A stretch of DNA of 64,000 nucleotides from Alphaproteobacteria bacterium (GCA_963667785.2 CAXXMU010000006.1:480001-544000), one strand, 5' to 3'. Counted from the stretch's first letter, positions 26,119 to 35,158 are shown. A program made the numbers and translations. Notes: generated by a model from the letters alone, not told the origin.

Positions 26119-26463
26119 CTATTCGATCTGGTCCATAAGCTGGCAACGGGGCACCCATCCGCCGGGCAACGCGACCTCGAGTTCAAACTTCCAGTATTGC
26201 TCGCCGGTGAGCTTCTCAAACCGGGACGCGGCGAGCGCAGAAGCCTCGTTCACCCAATTGCGGCGCGCCTCGTATTGCCCGTCGTCGAGAGTCGAGATGT
26301 GGCCGAATAACCGATTTGCCGCGAGCGAAACGAGGCCCTGGGCCGTGAAGGCGTCGCACCATTCGCGGAAGTGGCGGGGGCCGTCGGCGGCGGCGGAAGA
26401 CGACAGCAGCCCCACCGCTAGCGTTACTGCCAGAATCGCAAGGCATTTCATTTGGGGCAACAT
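26119..26463 (-). CDS. small secreted hypothetical protein
   Basis: Signal peptide MKCLAILAVTLAVGLLSSSAAA; visibly lower GC than the surroundings. Confidence 0.6.
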   Translation of the reverse strand: MLPQMKCLAILAVTLAVGLLSSSAAADGPRHFREWCDAFTAQGLVSLAANRLFGHISTLDDGQYEARRNWVNEASALAASRFEKLTGEQYWKFELEVALPGGWVPRCQLMDQIE

Positions 26464-26787
26464 CTAATGCTTTGGGTCTACTAATGGGCGCCCCAAGCAG
26501 TCGAAAAATCCTTCTAGGAGGCCTATGACGGCCCAGTCGCGATCGAAGCTCTCCGCCAACGCAGATACGATTTGGCCGATGTCGTAGATTTCCCAGGCGC
26601 GGTTCGCCTCGCGCATGAGGTGCAGCTTCGTTTCGATCTCGACGCCAATCCTGTCGGCGAACCCGTCGCATTCCAACGGAATGTGCGCCGTGGCTGGCGC
26701 GGTTTCCGCGACCGCTGCGCCCGCGACGACCGCTAGCGCTATCGCGCCCGCGATCGTGAACCGATTCGCGCTTCCGATTTTCCACAC
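26464..26787 (-). CDS. small secreted hypothetical protein
   Basis: GGAGG SD just after the repressor stop, GTG at 26787, signal peptide ...AGAIALAVVAGAAVA. Confidence 0.6.
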   Translation of the reverse strand: MWKIGSANRFTIAGAIALAVVAGAAVAETAPATAHIPLECDGFADRIGVEIETKLHLMREANRAWEIYDIGQIVSALAESFDRDWAVIGLLEGFFDCLGRPLVDPKH

Positions 26788-26801
26788 CCCGCTGCCCCCT
26801 C

Positions 26802-27608
26802 CTACTTGAACGTGCGCGAGGCCCAGCGCACCTCGCCGATCACTGTGGCCTGCTGCGGCCAAGGCACGTCGCTCCAGGATGGGTGGTCACTGACCAAGAG
26901 CCAACGGCGCCCAGCCTTCCCGAGGCGCTTCACGATAAGCCCGTCTTCGGCATCGATCACGAAGATCCCGCCGGCGCGACGACGCGTCCGGCTCCGGTCG
27001 ACCAAAATCGAGCAGCCGTCAGGCAGGGTCGGCTCCATGGATTCGCCTCGCACGCTGATCACGACGCACTGGGTCGTATCGATGCCATGGCGATCGAGCC
27101 AGTCGCGGCGAAACCATAAGCGGCCTTTCTCCGGCGCCTCGTCGATGTTGACCGCGCCACCTCCCGCCGCCACCTCGACCTCCCGCGCGCCCATGGACCT
27201 AGAGCCCGGCGGCAGACCGTCTTCGTTCGCCGCCGCGACTCCGAACGCATCGGAGACGGCAAGGGACGCCGGAGCTGGCGCGCGCAGCTCGTCCGGGAGC
27301 GGGTCACCACCAGCGTCAATCACCACCCGATTGAGCACGCGCGCACTTGTCTCCAAATCTCGCAGGGCAGCTGTAGACAGCACTGAGGGACCATCCGCAT
27401 CTGCCCAGACCCGCGCCGGGCCTACATAGAATTCGAGCCCAACTGCGTCGCACACCTCAGCGACGCGCGACAGCTTCGGCTCGTGCCCGCTCAGCACGCT
27501 GCTGATGGCATCACGCGGCAGACCGGCGGCGGTAGCCGTGCCGGCCCTGGATCGGTCACCTAGCGCGACCTTCACGCTGCGCGCGAATTCATCGAGAGCA
27601 GATGACAT
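26802..27608 (-). CDS. CI-like repressor, HTH plus S24 peptidase
   Basis: N-terminal HTH (AGLPRDAISSVLSGHEPKLSRV); VAAGGG cleavage region; VRGESMEPTL (Ser) and LIVKRL (Lys). Confidence 0.9.
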   Translation of the reverse strand: MSSALDEFARSVKVALGDRSRAGTATAAGLPRDAISSVLSGHEPKLSRVAEVCDAVGLEFYVGPARVWADADGPSVLSTAALRDLETSARVLNRVVIDAGGDPLPDELRAPAPASLAVSDAFGVAAANEDGLPPGSRSMGAREVEVAAGGGAVNIDEAPEKGRLWFRRDWLDRHGIDTTQCVVISVRGESMEPTLPDGCSILVDRSRTRRRAGGIFVIDAEDGLIVKRLGKAGRRWLLVSDHPSWSDVPWPQQATVIGEVRWASRTFK

Positions 27609-27721
27609 GTGGCATGAATGCCACGCGCAGCCGGGACGCACAACCATTACCGTCGAATTCATTCGACTCGGCCCTTGCGATATCGTCGAATGCATGCGAT
27701 CATTCGTCGCATGAATTCGAC
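27609..27721. promoter_or_regulatory. four 16-bp palindromic operators of the immunity switch
   Basis: GTGGCATGAATGCCAC 27609, GTCGAATTCATTCGAC 27652, GTCGAATGCATGCGAT 27685, GTCGCATGAATTCGAC 27706. Confidence 0.8.
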
Positions 27722-27953
27722 GCTGCTGTTGATGAAGCGCTACGCGAGGCTCCGCGGCATCGCCCTATCGACCCTCGGGCGGCTGTCGATCGGGTCGTCC
27801 ACCGTCGCCGAGCGGCTGGCCGCCGGCCGGGTGACGATCAGCACGGCGGCACGCATTGATCAGTGGCTCTCCGACCACTGGCCTGAGGGCGCCGAGTGGC
27901 CCGCCGACATCCCGCGCCCCGCGCCCTCGCCCGAGCGAAAGGACGCGGCCTGA
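27711..27953 (+). CDS. Cro/Ner-like regulator
   Basis: Divergent from the repressor; LSTLGRLSIG...LAAGRVTIST...QWLSDHWPEGAEWPADIPRP. Confidence 0.8.
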   Translation: MNSTLLLMKRYARLRGIALSTLGRLSIGSSTVAERLAAGRVTISTAARIDQWLSDHWPEGAEWPADIPRPAPSPERKDAA

Positions 27954-28207
27954 TGCACGCCGCGCGCCTCGACCGCCTGCAGCGCGTCTACAAGCTGCTG
28001 CTGGACGGCGTCGAGCGCTCGACCCTCGACATCGAGCTCTCGGCGGCGGTGCGCGACGTCCCGCGCTGCATAGGGGCGCTCCGGGCCGCCGGCGCGGAGA
28101 TCACGCGCCGGCGCATCGTCAACCCGGCCAACGGCGCGCCGATCCGGATGTACCGGATGACGGCGCCCGTCCCGATCCCCCTTCCCGCCGGGGGGGGCAG
28201 TGAGTGA
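27953..28207 (+). CDS. small winged-helix protein
   Basis: RVYKLLLDG..STLDI...IGALRAAGAEI...YRM. Confidence 0.65.
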   Translation: MHAARLDRLQRVYKLLLDGVERSTLDIELSAAVRDVPRCIGALRAAGAEITRRRIVNPANGAPIRMYRMTAPVPIPLPAGGGSE

Positions 28208-28222
28208 CGCGAGGCGCGCCGC

Positions 28223-28951
28223 GTGAGCGGGCCGGGCGATCTCCGCGTGGTGGATCCCGGCGCGGCCGACGCGCCGGCCCCGGCGGACCGCGAGGCGTGG
28301 ATCGCCGCCGGCCTGGCGCTGGCGCAGGGCCGCTCCGAGGCATCGTGGGAGTTCGCCGACTGGCTCGCCGCCGGCCACGCCGCCTGGGGCCGCGAGGCCA
28401 TGCGCGAAGCCGCCGAGGCGACCGGCGCCACCGCCGGAAAAATCAGCCACTATCTAAAGACCGCAACGGGTTACCCTCCGTTGCGCCGGCGCAACGGCCT
28501 CACATTTTCGCACCATATGGAGGTCGCTCGCCTGCCCGAGGCCGACGCGGACCGCGTGCTGGACCGGGCCGAGGCCGAGCGCTGGTCTCGGAACGAGACC
28601 CGCGCTGCCGCCCGCGAGGTCTCGCTCGAGGTCAAGAACGCCAACCTCCACCGCAAGGTCGCGAAACTGGAGCGGGCGCTCGCTGCGGCGCAGGCGGACC
28701 CGGGCGACGCCGTCAAGCAGACGCGCTCGCGCCTCGATGCGGAGCGGCGCGTCATCCGCGACGCAGTCGGCCGCTCCGCCGGCATGGTGGAGGAGCTGGC
28801 CGAGACCGGCATCCTCGACGATCTGCACGGCAACGCCCGCAAGGGCTTCGCCGATCACGTCGACCGCTTCGGCAAGCGGCTGGCGGCCGACGTGAACGCG
28901 GCGCTCGACCGCATGCAGGCGGCGGCCGACAAGGTCCGGGCCTCGCAATGA
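28223..28951 (+). CDS. LmbU-like DNA-binding protein with coiled coil
   Basis: SWEFADWL...RRRNGLTFSHHMEVARLP...AEAERWS. Confidence 0.65.
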   Translation: MSGPGDLRVVDPGAADAPAPADREAWIAAGLALAQGRSEASWEFADWLAAGHAAWGREAMREAAEATGATAGKISHYLKTATGYPPLRRRNGLTFSHHMEVARLPEADADRVLDRAEAERWSRNETRAAAREVSLEVKNANLHRKVAKLERALAAAQADPGDAVKQTRSRLDAERRVIRDAVGRSAGMVEELAETGILDDLHGNARKGFADHVDRFGKRLAADVNAALDRMQAAADKVRASQ

Positions 28952-30744
28952 CCGCGCGAGCGCTGTGCCGCTACGGCGACGCCGACCGCACCGATCATGG
29001 GGCGTGCACCGATCCTGCAACGCCCGATCACGACACGCCCTGGGAGCGCGCCACGGAGACGCAGCGCAAGGACGCCGGCCGCCGGCTCGAGGCGGTGCAC
29101 CAGTCCAACGCCCTCCACGCCGGCGGCCTGTCGCGGGCAGACGCCGACAGGGTCACCGCCGCCGAGTTCGAGGTCTCGGCTTCGGCCGTCGCCAACTGGC
29201 GCGCCAAGGTGAAGCGCGCGCCGCGCGGCGAGGGTGTCGAGGCGCTGATCGATCGGCCCAGGACCGGGCGCCCGCCCGGCAAGTGGAGCCTGCCGGGCAG
29301 CGCCTTCCTGTGGCGGCTCTGGTGCAGCGACTACCTGCGCGAGGAGGCGCCTGACGCCGCGGCCGTGCACCGCAGGCTCGCGGCGGTCGCGGACCAGCAC
29401 GGCTGGCACCTGCCGCCGGTCGGGGCCTTTATCCGCCGGACCGGCAGGGAGTTCACGCGGGCCGAGGCCACCCGAGCCCGCGGGGGCGCGCTGGCCGCCA
29501 TGGACCTGGCGCCGCATCAGGTGCGCACCGTCCGCGGCCTCAAGCCGCTCGACATCGTCAACGGGGACGGGCGGCGCCACGACGTTCTGGTGGTGCTGCC
29601 CTCGGGCAGGGAGGGGCGCCCGGTCGTCTGGATGTGGCAGGATGTGCGCACGCGCCGCGTCCTCGCCTGGCGCGCCGGCGAGACGGAGAGCGCCGACCTG
29701 GTGCGGACCTCTCTGCATGCGTTGCTCGTGGAGCACGGGGTGCCGGGCCGGATCGTGGTCGATTCCACCCGCGCGGCCAGCGCGAAGTGGGCCACCGGCG
29801 GTCAGTTGCACCGCAAGCGCTGGCGCTCCACCGACGAGGAGCTGCCGGGGCTGCTGAAGATGCTGGACATCGGCTACTCGGCGACGACGGTGGACAGGGA
29901 CGCCGCCGGGCGCGGCAGGGGGCGCGGGCGCTCCAAGCCGGTCGAGCGGGCGTTCCTCGACCTCGCCAACCACATCGACACGCACCCGCTGCTGGCGGGC
30001 GCCGGCACCGGCCGCTCTCCGGTCGACCGGCCGGAGACGCACCGCATGCAGGCGGTGCCGTGGGAGACCTTTATCGAGGTCGTCGCGCGTGTCATCGCCG
30101 AGCACAACGCCCGGTCGGGGCGCCGCACCGAGGCGGCGGACGGCAGGAGTTTCGACGAGGTCTGGGCCGAGGAGATCGCCGGCACGGTCGTGCGGCGCCT
30201 CGCGCCGTCGCAGGCGGCGATCCTGCTGCTCGCCGCCGAGGACATGAAGATCGGCCCCGACGGCGCCTTCCGCCTGAAGGCCGGGCGCGGCGTCGGCCTG
30301 CCGCCCAACCGCTATCATCACCCCGACCTGGTGGAGCGTGCCGGCCAGCGCCTCGTCGGGCGCTTCGACCCGCAGGACCTGCACGGCGCCGTCCACGTCT
30401 TCGACCCGGCCGGCCGCTACATCTGCGCCGCTCCCTGCCACATGCCCGTCGCCTTCCGCGACGTGAACGCGCCCCGCCAGTGGGAGGGCGCGCGGAAGCG
30501 CGTGCGGAAGTCGGCCGAGGCCGGCCTCGCCGCGGAGCGCGACATGGACGAGCTGCAGCGCACCATGGCGGCGCTGCCGCCGCCCGAGGCGCCGCCCGAG
30601 CCCGAGCCTGCGGCGGTGCGCCTGGTGACCGGCGACGGCCTGCCCGAGGCCCCGGCCGCGCGCCGCACCGCACCCGAGGAGCGGCGGCGCAGCCCGTTGA
30701 TGGCTGCCCTGGTCGCCGCGCGCCGAGAGGAGGACGCATCGTGA
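28948..30744 (+). CDS. MuA-like DDE transposase
   Basis: SDYLREEAP, NGDGRRHDV, WQDVRTRRVLAW, IVVDSTRA, SKPVERAF, HNARSGRR and RFDPQDLH motifs; ATG at 28948. Confidence 0.93.
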   Translation: MTARALCRYGDADRTDHGACTDPATPDHDTPWERATETQRKDAGRRLEAVHQSNALHAGGLSRADADRVTAAEFEVSASAVANWRAKVKRAPRGEGVEALIDRPRTGRPPGKWSLPGSAFLWRLWCSDYLREEAPDAAAVHRRLAAVADQHGWHLPPVGAFIRRTGREFTRAEATRARGGALAAMDLAPHQVRTVRGLKPLDIVNGDGRRHDVLVVLPSGREGRPVVWMWQDVRTRRVLAWRAGETESADLVRTSLHALLVEHGVPGRIVVDSTRAASAKWATGGQLHRKRWRSTDEELPGLLKMLDIGYSATTVDRDAAGRGRGRGRSKPVERAFLDLANHIDTHPLLAGAGTGRSPVDRPETHRMQAVPWETFIEVVARVIAEHNARSGRRTEAADGRSFDEVWAEEIAGTVVRRLAPSQAAILLLAAEDMKIGPDGAFRLKAGRGVGLPPNRYHHPDLVERAGQRLVGRFDPQDLHGAVHVFDPAGRYICAAPCHMPVAFRDVNAPRQWEGARKRVRKSAEAGLAAERDMDELQRTMAALPPPEAPPEPEPAAVRLVTGDGLPEAPAARRTAPEERRRSPLMAALVAARREEDAS

Positions 30745-31712
30745 GCGACAACGTCACCCACCTGCCCGGCATGGAGCCGGAGCCGGCCGACGCCTACGAG
30801 GCGACGGTCACCGCCTGCCGCGCGGAGATGAAGGCCGCGCGGCTCTCGAACGCCCGCGCCGCGCACGAGATGGGGCGCGGGGTCTCCAGCGCCACGCTGT
30901 CGAAGTGGCTGCGCGGGGTCTACGAAGGCGACGTGCCGGCCGTCACGGAGCGCGTCGCGCTCTGGCTTCGGACCCGCGCGGAAGCCGCCGAGCGCGACAT
31001 GGCCGCCGCCGGGATCGACCGGCACGTCGATCTCGGCGTGACGGAGGAGATCGAGGCCACGCTCGCGCATGCGCAGGCGACGGGCGACGTGGTGCTGATC
31101 CACGGCCGCTCGGGCGCCGGCAAGAGCTGGGCGCTCGCCCGCTACTGCGCGGGCCACACCGCCGCCTACCGCGCGACGATGACCGACGCGGTGGTCACTC
31201 TGGCCGGCCTGCTCGGGCGCGTGGCGGAGACCGTTGGCGCCGGCGTCGGCCACCCCTCGGCGCTGGCGGCCGAGCGCGCCGTCATCGATCGCCTGGCGGG
31301 GCGCCGGGCGCTGCTCTGCGTCGACGAGGCGCACCACCTCCGGCCCCGCCTGCTCGACGAGCTGCGCTGCATCCGCGATCTCGCCGGGTGCGGCCTCGCG
31401 TTCGTCGGCCAGGACGAGATCTGGAACACGCTCGCGAAGTCCTCGCGGTGCGATCAGATCGTCGGGCGGATCGGCGTGCGCCTGCCGCTCAGGATGGCGG
31501 CCGAAGCCGACGTGCTGGAGCTCGCGCGCAACGTCCTCGGCCGCGCGCCGACGAAGGCGGAGCGGGACTGTCTGCTCGCCGCGGCCCGCGAGGCCGGCGG
31601 CCTGCACGCGCTGCGCCGCCTGTTCGAGCGCGCCTGGCGGTTGTCGCGCGGCGGGGGCGAGCGCGCCATCACCGCCGAGCACATCGCGGCCGCGACGGAG
31701 AGGGCGGCCTGA
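30741..31712 (+). CDS. MuB-like AAA+ ATPase
   Basis: N-terminal HTH (ATLSKWLRGVYEGD); Walker A GRSGAGKS; Walker B LCVDEAHHL; LDELRCIRD. Confidence 0.93.
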   Translation: MSDNVTHLPGMEPEPADAYEATVTACRAEMKAARLSNARAAHEMGRGVSSATLSKWLRGVYEGDVPAVTERVALWLRTRAEAAERDMAAAGIDRHVDLGVTEEIEATLAHAQATGDVVLIHGRSGAGKSWALARYCAGHTAAYRATMTDAVVTLAGLLGRVAETVGAGVGHPSALAAERAVIDRLAGRRALLCVDEAHHLRPRLLDELRCIRDLAGCGLAFVGQDEIWNTLAKSSRCDQIVGRIGVRLPLRMAAEADVLELARNVLGRAPTKAERDCLLAAAREAGGLHALRRLFERAWRLSRGGGERAITAEHIAAATERAA

Positions 31713-31939
31713 TGCCTCGCGCTAAGCACCACCTCCACATCCACGGCGGCTACGTCACGTCCGAGCCCGATCCGCATGGCGCCACGCGGCCGCTGTGGCG
31801 CGCGACGGTCCTAGCGACCGGCGTGAGATCGGGCCGGGAATATGTCGGCACCGGCGAAGGGAAAGCATCTCAGGTGGCGATGGCGCGCGCCTGCGCCAGC
31901 CTCGGGGATCAGCTCCGCGAGACCGGAGATCACCGCTGA
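31712..31939 (+). CDS. hypothetical early protein
   Basis: TGATG coupling at both ends; MPRAKHHLHIHGG. Confidence 0.55.
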   Translation: MPRAKHHLHIHGGYVTSEPDPHGATRPLWRATVLATGVRSGREYVGTGEGKASQVAMARACASLGDQLRETGDHR

Positions 31940-32160
31940 TGCTCTCCGACGAGCTCCGCGAGGCGCAGCGCGCCGTGGATTTCGAGATCCGCCGCGGTAC
32001 CTGCTCGTTGCAAATCTGGACCGCCTACTGCGAGCGCGTCGAGGAGATCGCCGAGCGCCTGGCGGCCTACGAGCACGCGGCCGGCCCCGGCCCGGCCTCT
32101 CGCGGCGACACCCCCGCCGGCGCCAACGTGGTGATGCTGCGCCCGGACGGGCCGGCATGA
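31939..32160 (+). CDS. hypothetical early protein
   Basis: Coupled ORF MLSDELREAQ...ANVVMLRP. Confidence 0.6.
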   Translation: MLSDELREAQRAVDFEIRRGTCSLQIWTAYCERVEEIAERLAAYEHAAGPGPASRGDTPAGANVVMLRPDGPA

Positions 32161-33155
32161 CGCCCCCCCCCGACAGCGCGCCGGACGAAAGCGTGCCGAC
32201 GTTGACGCCCGACCTCGTCTACAAGCGCGACGTCCTGCGCCGCCGGCTCGGGGACGAGCTGGGCGACCGCACCTTCCGCGCGTGGCTGGAGCGCAGCCTT
32301 GCCGCGGTGACGCCGGCGCCCGAGCCGGAGGAGCCGGCCGTGGCTGAGCCGCAGGCAGAGCCGGTTGTGTGCCACACGCCCGCAGAAGTGGCAGGCAACG
32401 GCGCTTGTCGGGCGCCCGTGGCCGACAAGCCGGCCGTGGCTGAGCCGGCGCCGACGAACGATGCGGGGAACGGTTGCGACGGGAGAGCGCCTTGCCCGGC
32501 TGCCTCTCCCGTCGTCGCCGGTTCGATTCCGGCGCTCCGCACCGAACGCACGGGGCCTGCCATCGCCGCCGCGACAGAGCGCGGCGATCTGCGGGGCCGG
32601 CCCTGGTCGGAGGAGGAGAAGCAGGCCCTCCGCGAGCGCTACATCGCCGGCGACGCCGTGGTGGATATCGCAGCGGCGCTGGGCCGCACGCGGAGCGCCA
32701 CGCTCCACGCAATCGACAAGCAGGGTCTCTGGGGCCACCCCGATCGCCCCTGCCGCCGGGCGCGGCGCGGAGGCACCCGCCGGCGGCCCGCGCCCGATCC
32801 CGAGCGCGAAGGCGATGCCCATCCCGAGTCGTCTCCCAGCGGGTGGTGGTCGGGAATCGTTGCCCCGATACCGGCTGAGCCGGAGCCCGAGACCGCGTCG
32901 CTTTCCGCGCCCACGGACGAGGAGCCGGAAAGCGACATCCCCGAGCCGGCGCCCGCGCCGCTGCGGGGCTGCCTCTGGATCGAGGGCGACGAGCGCGCGC
33001 CCACCTGGTGCGGCGCGCCGAGATCGCCCGGCAGACCCTACTGCATCGATCACTGCCTGCGGGCCTACGTCACCAGCTCCGGCAGGCGCTTCCCTCGCAG
33101 CCGCTTCGAGCGCCCGCCGGAGCCGATGGCGGCGCCCAGGAGGGCGTCGGCGTGA
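32157..33155 (+). CDS. GcrA-like regulator with N-terminal DnaA domain-I-like segment
   Basis: LRRRLGDELGDRTFRAWL; WSEEEKQALRERY...IAAALGRTRSA...GL; CLWIEGD..WCG...PYCIDHCLRAY. Confidence 0.75.
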   Translation: MTPPPDSAPDESVPTLTPDLVYKRDVLRRRLGDELGDRTFRAWLERSLAAVTPAPEPEEPAVAEPQAEPVVCHTPAEVAGNGACRAPVADKPAVAEPAPTNDAGNGCDGRAPCPAASPVVAGSIPALRTERTGPAIAAATERGDLRGRPWSEEEKQALRERYIAGDAVVDIAAALGRTRSATLHAIDKQGLWGHPDRPCRRARRGGTRRRPAPDPEREGDAHPESSPSGWWSGIVAPIPAEPEPETASLSAPTDEEPESDIPEPAPAPLRGCLWIEGDERAPTWCGAPRSPGRPYCIDHCLRAYVTSSGRRFPRSRFERPPEPMAAPRRASA

Positions 33156-33592
33156 GCACGCCGTCGCTCGCCAGAATCCAGCGGGAGGTCGCGCGGGCCT
33201 ACGGGCTCAGCATGACCGACCTGATCTCCCAGCGCCGCTCGCGGGAGGTCGTCTGGGGCCGTCACGTGGCGATGTATCTCTGCCGCCTGCTCACGCCGCT
33301 CTCGTATCCCGCCGTCGGGCGCCACTTCGGCAACCGCGATCACACGACCGTGATGTACGCCGTCGAGCGCGTCGCCGCCCGGCTGCACGTGGATGCGGAC
33401 GAGGCGGCGCGGATCGAGACGCTCGCGGCCGAGATCGCCGCACCGGCGGCGCAGGTACGGAGCGAGCCTCGTCTCTACGCCGACGATCGGGCGGCGCGTC
33501 GGCAGCTCCTGTTTTCGGTGCTGCTGGACGTGCACCACGGGAGGCTGGCGCGGCAGCAGCAGGCACTCGAGCGCCTGGAGGCGGCCCTGTGA
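33152..33592 (+). CDS. DnaA domain IV (Bac_DnaA_C) protein
   Basis: IQREVARAYGLSMTDLISQRRSREVVWGRHVAMYLCRLLTPLSYPAVGRHFGNRDHTTVMYAV. Confidence 0.9.
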   Translation: MSTPSLARIQREVARAYGLSMTDLISQRRSREVVWGRHVAMYLCRLLTPLSYPAVGRHFGNRDHTTVMYAVERVAARLHVDADEAARIETLAAEIAAPAAQVRSEPRLYADDRAARRQLLFSVLLDVHHGRLARQQQALERLEAAL

Positions 33593-33689
33593 GGCGCCGG
33601 CGGGGAGCGCTCTGGGTGCTGCGTCAGCAGTTCATCTGGTGGCGCTGCGCGTGGTTCGCGCCGCGCCGGACCGCCGAGAGGAGGAACCG

Positions 33690-34232
33690 ATGACCGAAAC
33701 CGTCACGCTGGAGCGGCCGAGCATGGACGAGATCGTTGCGCTCGCCCGCTCCTACGCGCGCGCCCGCGACGCCCTGGAGGCCGCCGGGGAGGAGATCAGG
33801 CAGTTGCAGCGCCGGGCGGCTCGCGACCGCCTGCGCGGGCTGCGGAGCCGCGTGGCCGAGGTCGCGGCGGCCGATGACGCGCTGAGGACGGCGATCAAGT
33901 CCAGCCCCGACCTGTTCGTGAAGCCGCGCACGGTCGCGGTCGACGGCGTGAAGGTCGGGCTCCGCAAGCAGGTCGGCGCGCTTGCCGTGAGCGACGAGGC
34001 GCGGGCGATCGAGCTGCTGCGGAAGCGGCTGCCGGCGCTGGCGGACACGCTGATCGCCACCAGGGAGACTCTCGACCGGAAGGCCCTCCGCAAGCTGCCG
34101 GCCGCCGACCTGGCGCGGATCGGCGTCACCATCGGCGACCCCACCGACGAGGTGGTGATCGCCGCGGCCGAGAGCGACGTCGACAAGCTCGTCGACGCCC
34201 TGCTCGACGACAGCGTGGAGGCGGCGGCGTGA
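33690..34232 (+). CDS. Mu Gam-like host-nuclease inhibitor
   Basis: Coiled coil, then PDLFVKPRTVAVDGVKVGLRK...ETLDRKAL...LARIGV. Confidence 0.75.
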   Translation: MTETVTLERPSMDEIVALARSYARARDALEAAGEEIRQLQRRAARDRLRGLRSRVAEVAAADDALRTAIKSSPDLFVKPRTVAVDGVKVGLRKQVGALAVSDEARAIELLRKRLPALADTLIATRETLDRKALRKLPAADLARIGVTIGDPTDEVVIAAAESDVDKLVDALLDDSVEAAA

Positions 34233-34435
34233 AGCGCTGCCTGATCTGCGGCTGCACCGAGGAGTGGGCCTGCGTCGACGACCACGGCGACGCCTGCGCC
34301 TGGTCGCCGCGCGATCCCCGCATCTGCAGCTTCTGCGACGAGGACGTGCCCTGCGATTCCGGCGGCGCCTGGCCGCCGGTCCGCGCGGCCTTCGCCGGCG
34401 CGGGCGCCCAGGGCGTGGTGCGGGGCGCGTCATGA
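34229..34435 (+). CDS. small Cys-rich protein
   Basis: CLICGCTEEWAC...CAW...CSFC. Confidence 0.7.
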   Translation: MKRCLICGCTEEWACVDDHGDACAWSPRDPRICSFCDEDVPCDSGGAWPPVRAAFAGAGAQGVVRGAS

Positions 34436-34648
34436 GCGCCCCCCCCCCGGACGAGTCCGATGCCTTACGGCATCCTGCCGAGTGACCGCCCCTATCCGGT
34501 CGAGATCGAGGGCTGCTCCCGCTGCGGTCGCGAGATCGAGGCCGGCGAGGGATCGACGACGGTGCTGTCGCGGGAGGACGGCCTCCTGTGGATCTACTGC
34601 GCGATCTGCTCCGGCTCGGGCGGCTACAGGCGGGAGGGGCTGAGTTGA
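34432..34648 (+). CDS. Zn-ribbon protein, paralog 1 (coupled ATG is out of frame across a C10 tract; internal ATG at 34460)
   Basis: GILPSDRP...CSRCGREI...WIYCAIC. Confidence 0.6.
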
Positions 34649-34893
34649 GCGCCCCCCCCCAGAGGCGCCGCATGAGCGCCGGCCGTCCCTCGATCGACGA
34701 GTTCGTGCCCGGCGGCATCCTGACGAGCGATCGCCCGCACCGCTGGGTGATGGGCGACGTCTGCAGCCGCTGTGGCGCGGAGATCGGCGACGACGAGGTG
34801 CCGCTGGAGGTCTACAGCCCCGACACCGTGACCATGTGGGTTTTCTGCGACGGCTGCATCGGGGCGGGCGTGCCCGAGAGCGCCAAGCACTAG
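34645..34893 (+). CDS. Zn-ribbon protein, paralog 2
   Basis: GILTSDRP...CSRCGAEI...WVFCDGC; in frame across a C9 tract. Confidence 0.65.
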   Translation: MSAPPQRRRMSAGRPSIDEFVPGGILTSDRPHRWVMGDVCSRCGAEIGDDEVPLEVYSPDTVTMWVFCDGCIGAGVPESAKH

Positions 34894-34903
34894 GAGCGCG
34901 GAT

Positions 34904-35149
34904 ATGAAATTCCAGATCTGGGCGAGCGCGCCGGGCGAGAGGCAAAAGACCGATGGCGGCATCACGGAATTCGAGCGTGAGTACGCCACGTCGACCGCTG
35001 CAGCCGGCAGAGCCGAGATGCTGCTATGCCAGGGCCGCGAGGTGCACATCGTCCCGGTGGCCGACGACGCGGACCCGCCCCCCCCGGGGGGGGGCGAGCG
35101 AAGAGGCGGGCGACCCGCTCGCCATACCGCCGTTCCTGAGGCGGGCTGA
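34904..35149 (+). CDS. hypothetical protein containing a C8G9 tract
   Basis: AGGAG SD; MKFQIWAS. Confidence 0.5.
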   Translation: MKFQIWASAPGERQKTDGGITEFEREYATSTAAAGRAEMLLCQGREVHIVPVADDADPPPPGGGERRGGRPARHTAVPEAG

Positions 35150-35158
35150 GGCGAAGTC

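Noticed and set aside
33589-33693. 34-codon Trp/Arg-rich ORF between the DnaA-IV and Gam genes
   Set aside because: It overlaps both neighbours in a coupled fashion but is too short and has no recognisable motif, so it was not called.
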